Of a stretch of 64,000 bases of DNA, positions 45,517 to 52,684 are shown piece after piece. The notes under the pieces were generated by a model. That model ran no database searches. It was not told the DNA's origin and saw only the letters and a program-made list of their open reading frames with translations. Source of the stretch: Fidelibacterota bacterium (GTDB lineage: Bacteria; Fidelibacterota; UBA8477; JABMPR01); contig JABMOS010000068.1 in assembly GCA_013203185.1 (NCBI GenBank), forward strand, positions 19,889 to 83,888, written 5' to 3'. The translations under genes and the position numbers were made by a program. The first letter of the stretch is position 1, and each line of letters begins with the position of its first letter.

Positions 45517-46869
45517 ATGCCTGAAAAAAACGGTGAGCACATGATGAAACATGAAGATAGACAATCGCATTATCGTAAAGACAGCCTGACGCTGGTCGGA
45601 GCTATTGCACTTGGCACCGGTGTAATGATTGGTGCAGGCATATTTGCCTTGACGGGTCAGATGGCCCAGATGACTGGGAGCCTTTTCCCTCTGGCTTTTC
45701 TTTCGGCTGCGGTGATTGTGGCATTCAGCGCATACTCTTACGTCAAGATGTCGAATGCTTATCCTTCGGCCGGCGGGATTGGCATGTACCTGAAAAAGGC
45801 TTATGGCAGCACCGTGACAACAGCCTTTCATGCCCTCCTCATGTATTTTTCCATGGTGATTGCCCAGAGTTTTCTGGCTCGTACATTTGGATCTTATACC
45901 TTACAATTGTTTGGCATTGACGATACCAGCTTGTTGGTACCGACACTGGGTGTGGGCTTGTTACTGGTGGCTTTTCTCATCAATCTCGCTGCCAACCGGA
46001 TGATAGAGGGTGTTGCGTCGGTGCTTGGATTTATCAAGATTGGGGGCATCGTTTTATTTGGAGTCGTCGGTGTAATGGTGGCTGACAAGGTGGAAGTAAA
46101 TATTTCAACAGCTGTTCCTGATGCCTCAATGGCGGGTTTCCTAGGCGCAACAGCCCTTGGGATTCTAGCCTTTAAGGGGTTTACCACGATTACCAACAGT
46201 GGTTCGGAGTTGAAAGACCCGCACCGAAATGTGGGTAGAGCCATCATGATCTCCATCGCGCTTTGTGTTGTGATTTATACGCTGGTGGGTTTTGCTGTGG
46301 CAAGTAACCTGTCACTTCAGGAAATCATCGAATCAAAAAATTACTCCTTAGCTGCCGCTGCAAGACCGGCTCTGGGCGAATATGCAGTCTGGTTTACGGT
46401 TGTGCTGGCCATGCTGGCAACAGCTGGCGGGATTATCGCAAGCATCTTTGCTGTTTCACGGATGCTGGCCATGCTTACGGAGATGAAACTCGTCCCCCAT
46501 AGCCATTTTGGCATGCCCGGTAGCATCCAGAAGCATACACTGGTCTACACCGTAGTTCTTGGTTTGCTCCTGACGGCTTTCTTTGATCTGGCGCGCATTG
46601 CAGCCCTGGGAATTATTCTCTATCTGGTTATGGATATGGCAATCCATTGGGGTGTATTGCGTCATCTCAGGGAAGAAATTAGCGCCAATCGTGCCATTCT
46701 TATTGGAGCAATCGTTCTTGACCTGACTGTTTTGACCGGCTTTCTCTGGGTTAAAATTAATAGCGATCCAAGCGTGGTTGGTGTAGCTGGTGCTCTCATG
46801 ATGGCTATTTTGATCATGGAAGTACTGTTTCTGCGCTATAACCCGATTGTAGAGCAGGGGAGCGACTAG
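45517..46869 (+). CDS. APC superfamily amino acid/polyamine permease
   Basis: 450-aa 12-helix protein. The sequence LVGAIALGTGVMIGAGIFALTGQ and the overall layout are typical of the APC family. Confidence 0.85.
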   Translation: MPEKNGEHMMKHEDRQSHYRKDSLTLVGAIALGTGVMIGAGIFALTGQMAQMTGSLFPLAFLSAAVIVAFSAYSYVKMSNAYPSAGGIGMYLKKAYGSTVTTAFHALLMYFSMVIAQSFLARTFGSYTLQLFGIDDTSLLVPTLGVGLLLVAFLINLAANRMIEGVASVLGFIKIGGIVLFGVVGVMVADKVEVNISTAVPDASMAGFLGATALGILAFKGFTTITNSGSELKDPHRNVGRAIMISIALCVVIYTLVGFAVASNLSLQEIIESKNYSLAAAARPALGEYAVWFTVVLAMLATAGGIIASIFAVSRMLAMLTEMKLVPHSHFGMPGSIQKHTLVYTVVLGLLLTAFFDLARIAALGIILYLVMDMAIHWGVLRHLREEISANRAILIGAIVLDLTVLTGFLWVKINSDPSVVGVAGALMMAILIMEVLFLRYNPIVEQGSD

Positions 46870-46942
46870 AGTAGACACACAGGAAATGCTCTATTCATTG
46901 CATAAAAATGGTTCAGAAACAAAATACATGAGGTAGAATCAG

Positions 46943-47878
46943 ATGGGAATTTTATACGAAGTACCAAGCTTAACCAATTGGGCAATTTGGCTTTTTATTC
47001 TCTTCGCTTTAATGGCATTTAACGAACTTGGTCGCACGACCAAGTGGGGAGGACTTGTACTTTTTCTAATTGTGCCTATCGTCCTAACTCTATTTGTCTG
47101 GCCACAAACTGCAGCAGCAGGTAATGAGTTTGGAACGGGAAATTGGTTCAATTGGGTTAAAACGTATTCAGCCCTGGCAGGCTGCCTTGGATTTATGGCT
47201 ATCCGCTATATTCCAGGACTTGTAAAAAAGAAATGGGTCTTGGTATTCCCGCCTGCGATTCTTGCTCTCAATATCCTTGAAGCAAGTGTTCGAGATTTTC
47301 AGGTCTATGCTTATGGTGCCTGGGATGGAGCGTATATTGACCATTTGTGGGTGATGTCAGGATCATGGAATATCATGAATGGTATCGCCGGCTTACTTAA
47401 CATCATAGTCATCAGCGGCTGGCTTGGTATTATTATATCCAAAGACAAGACAAAGGATATGATCTGGCCCGACATGATCTGGCCGTGGATCATTGCTTAT
47501 GATTTGTGGAACTTCGCCTATACCTATAATTGTATTGCCGATCATTCATTTTACAGTGGTCTGGCCTTGTTGCTTGCCTGCACAATACCAGCTTTCTTTA
47601 TTAAAAAAGGAGCCTGGTTGCAGCATCGTGCGCAGACCCTGGCACTGTGGATTATGTTTGTGATGACAATCCCTTCATTTGCAGATCGAATGGCTCCCGT
47701 TCCAACCACCCACAATCCAACTGTCTTTTTTGCTGTGAGCTTTCTCGCTTTAATGGCTAATGTTGCATTGGTCATTTACCAATTTATCAGGATTAGAAAG
47801 CGCAAATTGAATCCTCTTAAAGATGAGATTTATGCGGAAACGGAAGCATATAAGCACGTTATTGCAGAGAATTCTTGA
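46943..47878 (+). CDS. polytopic membrane protein of unknown function
   Basis: 311 aa with about 8 hydrophobic helices, rich in W/Y. It contains an in-frame 15-bp tandem duplication (DMIWP DMIWP). No family confidently recognised. Confidence 0.6.
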   Translation: MGILYEVPSLTNWAIWLFILFALMAFNELGRTTKWGGLVLFLIVPIVLTLFVWPQTAAAGNEFGTGNWFNWVKTYSALAGCLGFMAIRYIPGLVKKKWVLVFPPAILALNILEASVRDFQVYAYGAWDGAYIDHLWVMSGSWNIMNGIAGLLNIIVISGWLGIIISKDKTKDMIWPDMIWPWIIAYDLWNFAYTYNCIADHSFYSGLALLLACTIPAFFIKKGAWLQHRAQTLALWIMFVMTIPSFADRMAPVPTTHNPTVFFAVSFLALMANVALVIYQFIRIRKRKLNPLKDEIYAETEAYKHVIAENS

Positions 47879-47898
47879 TTTAGAGAGTGTAATAACAA

Positions 47899-47975
47899 GA
47901 GGTCATGAAGTGTCTCTAAATTCAAAGGACATATACTCCTGCTGGTATTGACTTATCACAGCAATCAAGCTTAAA
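47899..47975. repeat. intergenic repeat R1, copy A (homologous to 58474..58550)
   Basis: The aligned blocks are GAGGTCATGAAGTGTCTCTaaAtTcAAagGACAtATACTCCtGcTGGTATTGACtTATCACA and GAGGTCATGAAGTGTCTCTtaActtAAacGACAaATACTCCgGtGGGTATTGACgTATCACA. The repeat contains a TTGAC(T/G)-N17-TT(A/C)AAA promoter-like spacing pointing at the downstream gene. Confidence 0.8.
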
Positions 47976-48092
47976 ACAGTATTGATGCTGAGAAAGTGCT
48001 ATTCAACCAATCCCAGGAGCATCAATTTGAATGGCTAACCTTTGCGATGGGGCATAGAAATAATATACTAGTCATGTTTTAAGAATATTGAT

Positions 48093-48989
48093 ATGGAAAA
48101 ATCACACAAACACAATCATAGTCATGACGTTCAAATATCCCACGGGAAAGCTTTTGCTTTAGGCATTGGGCTAAATATTGCATTTGTAATCATAGAGATT
48201 GTTTATGGTTTGATTGCAAATTCATCAGCTTTATTTGCCGATGCTGGACATAATGCAAGCGATGTACTAGGACTTGCTTTTGCATGGGCAGCTGCTTGGA
48301 TGGCCACCATAAAACCAAGCGGCAAGTACACCTATGGTCTTCGAAAAACAACTATTCTTGTTTCTATTCTCAATGCATTACTACTTTTTGGCGCTGTCGT
48401 TATTATTGCGTGGAATGCTATAGAAAAACTTAAAGAACCGGAGCCTGTTTTTGGTACTCAGATTATAATTGTTGCAGCAATAGGAGTAATCATAAATACC
48501 GTTACTGCTTTATTGTTCTTAAAAGGGCAGAAAAGTGACCTTAATATTAAAGGTGCATTTCTTCATATGGCAGCTGACGCTGGTGTTTCACTTGGTGTCG
48601 TGGTTGCAGGGTTACTCATAAATATAACGGGAATGCTATGGATTGACCCCGTAACTAGCTTTGTAATTATACTGGTTATTGTTTGGGGAACATGGAACCT
48701 GTTTACCGCTTCGATTGACCTGGCATTGGACGCTGTTCCCAAACACATTGACGTTGGAGAAGTAAAAGCTTTATTGTCTAGCCAAAAAGGAGTAAAAGGC
48801 ATTCACGATTTACACATCTGGGCGTTAAGCACTTCACAAGTTGCCTTATCGGTACACCTATATATTCCTAATGGAGCTAACGAAAATTTCCTTGCCGATA
48901 TGCAAAAAGAACTTGAACAGGAATATGGAATCAAACATATAACAGTTCAGATTGAGAATGATAAAATTGATTGCGAAACTGAATGTTGA
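48093..48989 (+). CDS. czcD: cation diffusion facilitator (CzcD/ZitB-type) divalent metal efflux protein
   Basis: His-rich N-terminus (HKHNHSHD), TM2 motif SSALFADAGHNASD, TM5 motif FLHMAADAGVSLGV, and the C-terminal cytoplasmic domain (VKGIHDLHIWALS). By eye it looks more AT-rich than its neighbours. Confidence 0.9.
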   Translation: MEKSHKHNHSHDVQISHGKAFALGIGLNIAFVIIEIVYGLIANSSALFADAGHNASDVLGLAFAWAAAWMATIKPSGKYTYGLRKTTILVSILNALLLFGAVVIIAWNAIEKLKEPEPVFGTQIIIVAAIGVIINTVTALLFLKGQKSDLNIKGAFLHMAADAGVSLGVVVAGLLINITGMLWIDPVTSFVIILVIVWGTWNLFTASIDLALDAVPKHIDVGEVKALLSSQKGVKGIHDLHIWALSTSQVALSVHLYIPNGANENFLADMQKELEQEYGIKHITVQIENDKIDCETEC

Positions 48990-49125
48990 ACCTTTTTTAA
49001 TGATAATAAAAAATATTACGCTGTACGTTGTCAAAGTAATTCGGACCAATCCGCTCAAGTCCAGCCGAACCAATGGATAATCTTCTTCCAGGAAAAAATA
49101 ATCAAGAAGTAAAACTGTGTCAAAA

Positions 49126-49357
49126 TAGTGTCAAGTAATATTAGAAGTGGTTGCGTTATTTGTCTTAATTATCCCACCCAACAGGAAAATATCCCAGCAT
49201 GTATCCAAAGTATAAATGAATGATTATGGGTCTTTTAGAGGTGTACCCGGGGTCTGATCCGCTACCGCGGATTGGGTCGAACCGGCACGGCTTTCATGTC
49301 GCAGCGAAGTTCGAAGGACGTAGCCGGAAAGGGCCGAGGGATTTTAAGCCCTGAATA
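49126..49357. repeat. intergenic repeat R2, copy A (homologous to 59474..59686); structured core 49241..49357 with a tRNA-like motif on the minus strand
   Basis: The core ..CGAACCGGCACGGCTTTCATGTCGC(A/G)GCGAAGT..AAGGACGTAGCCGGAAAGGGCCGAGGGATTTTAAG(C/T)CCTGAATA is shared by both copies. A second shared block (TAGTGTCAA...TATTTGTCT.A.TTATC) lies about 70 nt upstream. In copy A a GATCCGC-tac-GCGGATT hairpin replaces half of the T-arm-like hairpin of copy B. Confidence 0.8.
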
Positions 49358-49451
49358 ATTAACCAAAGCAACACACTCATTAATCCTAGGAAGACTCGAA
49401 TTCCGGATCAATAGTGAATTGAATGCATAGAATAGGAATAAGGAGACATAT

Positions 49452-51134
49452 ATGACCGTTGCTGAGTTGATTATTAAAGCACTTGAGGTCGAAGGGGTGA
49501 AGTACGTTTTTGGCGTGCCTGGAGAAGAAACTGAAGATCTGCTTTTTGCCCTTGAGCAGTCGTCTATCATCTTTGTTCCCACCCGTCATGAACAGGGTGC
49601 AGCCTTCATAGCTGATGTATATGGGAGAACCACGGGCAAAGCAGGCGTATGCCTGGCTACCCTGGGACCTGGAGCCACAAACTTGATCACAGGTATTGCT
49701 GATGCCTACCTGGATAAGGCACCAGTGGTAGCTATAACAGCTCAGGCCAGTTCGGTTCGTGTCCATAAAGAAAGCCACCAGGTTCTGGACATTCTCAATA
49801 TGTTGAAACCCATCACCAAATGGAACGCCAGCATCCAAAATCCTCTGGCGGCCAGTGAAATCGTTCGCAAAGCATTTAAGATGGCCCAGTCAGAGAAACC
49901 GGGTCCTACCCATATTGAATTACCTGAAGATGTAGCGGCTGAAGTCACCAGCTTGCCTGCTCTGGTATCTGGAGGTGTTCGAAGAAGTGCTCCTGACCAC
50001 AAGGCTATTCAGGTCGCCATGGAATTGCTGGGTCAAGCCCAGGCACCCATTATCCTTGCTGGAAATGGCGCTATCCGCAAGCGGGCCAGTAAGCATATCA
50101 GAGAATTTGTCGCCCAGACGGACATTCCAGTGATCTCCACCTTCATGGGCAAGGGTGCCATTGATGATAGAGATCCCCATTCACTGTACACCATTGGCGT
50201 CCCTGGCAGGGATTACCAGATGTGTGCCCTGGAACGAGCTGATCTGGTTTTAGCCATTGGTTATGATATTGGAGAATACGATCCTGCGAAATGGAACCCT
50301 ACCGGTGATAAACAGATCATTCACATCGATTTTGATCCCGCCGAAGTCTATGAATACTACCAGCCGAAGGTTGAGGTCATCGCCGATATATCAGCCAGCA
50401 TGTGGGAATTGAATCGTCAGGTCGCTGAAAAGCAGCTCAAGTTCCATCCCACCTGGTTTGCCAATCTCCGCGAAACGATTGAAAGCGATTTTAGAGCCTA
50501 CAGGATGAAGCCAGGGGAGGCATTCACCGTGCCAGGCAGTCTCCATATTATCCGAGAATACATGCGCCCAGGTGACATGATGCTCTCAGATGTGGGTAGC
50601 CACAAAATGTGGATCGGTCGCAACTTTCCAGTCTATGAAGCGAATTCCACCTTTATCTCAAATGGGCTGGCCACCATGGGTATCGCCCTGCCCGGTGGCA
50701 TCGGTGCAAAATTAGCCCATCCTGAAAGACGGGTGGTAGCCGCCATGGGAGATGGGGGTTTTCTCATGAATGTACAGGAGATCGAAACAGCAAAACGCAT
50801 GGGTCTGGGATACCCCATCATCGTCTTCAATGACAATGATTATGGACTCATTCGCTGGAAACAGACCAGCAGTACGGGCAAAACCTTTGGCACGTCCATT
50901 AGCAACCCTGATTTTGTTAAATTAGCAGAGAGCTTTGGAATCGAAGGCCACTCACCCAAGACTCTGGATGAGTTGGATGCCACCTTAAAGCGGGTGATCG
51001 AGGGCCAAGTCCTCAGTATCGTGGAGATCGCCATTGATCCGCGTGTCAATTTCGAGCTCACACAAAAATTGAATCAGAACATCTGTGAACGCTTTGAATT
51101 TCCTGAATTAAGCAGCAAAGGAGAACCCTCATGA
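49452..51134 (+). CDS. ThDP-dependent acetolactate-synthase-like enzyme; candidate 2-oxoglutarate decarboxylase by context
   Basis: 560 aa with ELIIKALEVEGVKYVFGVPGEE, RHEQGAAFIADVYGR.TGKAGVCLATLGPGATNL, and the ThDP motif GDGGFLMNVQEIETA...NDN. A strong AAGGAG RBS is present. Its stop overlaps the SSADH start (ATGA). Confidence 0.85.
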   Translation: MTVAELIIKALEVEGVKYVFGVPGEETEDLLFALEQSSIIFVPTRHEQGAAFIADVYGRTTGKAGVCLATLGPGATNLITGIADAYLDKAPVVAITAQASSVRVHKESHQVLDILNMLKPITKWNASIQNPLAASEIVRKAFKMAQSEKPGPTHIELPEDVAAEVTSLPALVSGGVRRSAPDHKAIQVAMELLGQAQAPIILAGNGAIRKRASKHIREFVAQTDIPVISTFMGKGAIDDRDPHSLYTIGVPGRDYQMCALERADLVLAIGYDIGEYDPAKWNPTGDKQIIHIDFDPAEVYEYYQPKVEVIADISASMWELNRQVAEKQLKFHPTWFANLRETIESDFRAYRMKPGEAFTVPGSLHIIREYMRPGDMMLSDVGSHKMWIGRNFPVYEANSTFISNGLATMGIALPGGIGAKLAHPERRVVAAMGDGGFLMNVQEIETAKRMGLGYPIIVFNDNDYGLIRWKQTSSTGKTFGTSISNPDFVKLAESFGIEGHSPKTLDELDATLKRVIEGQVLSIVEIAIDPRVNFELTQKLNQNICERFEFPELSSKGEPS

Positions 51135-52489
51135 AAGCCATCAATCCAGCCACCGGCGAAATTATAAAAGATTATCCTGAACATTCCAGTCAAGAGGTTC
51201 AACACATTCTAAGCAGCACACAATCAGCTTGGGAGGATTGGCGACGAACCAGTTTTGTTCATCGTTCTACACTCATGGGGCGAGCTGCAGATGTCCTGCG
51301 CAATAATTCTGAAAAATATGCAAGGATCATGTCAGTGGAAATGGGCAAGGTGATCACGGAAGCCAGGGCGGAGGTGGAAAAATGCGCCTGGGTTTGTGAA
51401 TTTTATGCTGAGCATGCTGAAACCTTTCTCCAGGATGAAATGATAAAAACTGAAGCTTCGAAGAGTTTCGTGTCCTTTGATCCCATGGGGATCGTCCTGG
51501 CTGTCATGCCCTGGAATTTTCCCTTCTGGCAAGTGTTCAGATTTGCTGCCCCAGCACTCATGGCTGGCAATGCTGGTGTGTTAAAACATGCTTCCAATGT
51601 ACCGGGGTCGGCTTTGGCCATTGAAGAGGTTTTTCATGAAGCAGGTTTCCCTCCTGATATATTTCGAACTCTGATGATCCCAGCCAAACAGGTTGAAGAC
51701 GTCATCAGGGATCCCCGAGTCCGCGCCGTGACCCTGACAGGGAGTGAGGGTGCCGGGATGCAGGTTGCCTCCATTGCAGGTAGTGAGTTGAAGAAAACCG
51801 TGCTGGAATTAGGCGGTTCAGATCCCTATATCGTGTTGGAGGATGCTGATATTCCGGCCTGTGTTGCCATGTCAGCCAAGTCGAGAATGATCAATACAGG
51901 ACAAAGTTGTATTGCTGCCAAGCGCTTTATCGTCGTTGAGTCAAAGGTGGCTGAATTTGAAAAGGCACAAGCGGAGATTCTCAGCCAGCTTCGAATTGGT
52001 GATCCTCAGGCGGAAGACACACAGGTTGGACCAATTGCCAGGGCCGATCTCCGGGATGAACTTCATGACCAGGTGACTCGCACCCTTGAGGCTGGAGGCC
52101 GTCTGGTAACAGGAGGTACATTTGTGGATGGGCCAGGAGCTTTTTATCAGCCAACGGTTATCTCAGATGTTAAAAAGGGGATGCCCATTTATTCTGAAGA
52201 AACATTTGGACCTGTTTCAGCCATTATACCAGTCAAAGACGCAGAGGAAGCCATTGCCGTGGCCAACGATTCAGAGTTTGGGTTGGGAGGCTCCTTATGG
52301 ACTGCCGATGTGAACAGGGGTGAGGCATTGGCCCGACGGGTGGAATCAGGGGCTGTTTTTGTGAATGGTATGACCCTGTCGGATCCGCGGATGCCGTTTG
52401 GCGGAATCAAGAAATCTGGCTACGGCAGGGAGCTTGGTACCTATGGAATTAAAGAATTTGTAAATGTAAAATCCATATGGATAGCCTGA
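51131..52489 (+). CDS. NAD(P)-dependent succinate-semialdehyde dehydrogenase (Sad/YneI type)
   Basis: Collinear with my recollection of E. coli YneI: INPATGE, MPWNFPFWQVFR, LKHASNVPG, ELGGSDPYIVL, NTGQSCIAAKRFIV, DLRDELH.QV, ANDSEFGLGGSLWT, FVNGM..SDPRMPFGGIKKSGYGRE. Confidence 0.9.
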   Translation: MKAINPATGEIIKDYPEHSSQEVQHILSSTQSAWEDWRRTSFVHRSTLMGRAADVLRNNSEKYARIMSVEMGKVITEARAEVEKCAWVCEFYAEHAETFLQDEMIKTEASKSFVSFDPMGIVLAVMPWNFPFWQVFRFAAPALMAGNAGVLKHASNVPGSALAIEEVFHEAGFPPDIFRTLMIPAKQVEDVIRDPRVRAVTLTGSEGAGMQVASIAGSELKKTVLELGGSDPYIVLEDADIPACVAMSAKSRMINTGQSCIAAKRFIVVESKVAEFEKAQAEILSQLRIGDPQAEDTQVGPIARADLRDELHDQVTRTLEAGGRLVTGGTFVDGPGAFYQPTVISDVKKGMPIYSEETFGPVSAIIPVKDAEEAIAVANDSEFGLGGSLWTADVNRGEALARRVESGAVFVNGMTLSDPRMPFGGIKKSGYGRELGTYGIKEFVNVKSIWIA

Positions 52490-52502
52490 GTCCTGGGGAT
52501 GA

Positions 52503-52637
52503 AAAATCCGATATTTATGGACACGGATATATTGCAGTAACGTTCTAAAAATTAACGTGACTGATTTGAATAAATGTGTTTATGTGTGTGGACCTCCACC
52601 AATGATTGACGCCATGGAGGAGCTGTTATTGAATTAA
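52503..52637 (+). pseudogene. relic of the C-terminus of an FNR-family (FAD/NAD(P)-binding) oxidoreductase
   Basis: A 44-codon open frame ends ..INVTDLNKCVYVCGPPPMIDAMEELLLN*. The VYVCGPPPM(I/V)DA motif is the conserved C-terminal strand of ferredoxin-NADP-reductase-like domains. No upstream body of the gene exists, because the SSADH stop is at 52489. Confidence 0.45.
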
Positions 52638-52684
52638 AGGTAATTGAGAATCTTATCGTCAAGGAAGGATTTTAAGCAAACAAC

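Noticed and set aside
47976-48092. Possible NiCo (czcD-motif) riboswitch upstream of czcD.
   Set aside because: There are no paired GGGACAG/GGGCAG-type conserved junction sequences. The leader shows no obvious four-way junction.
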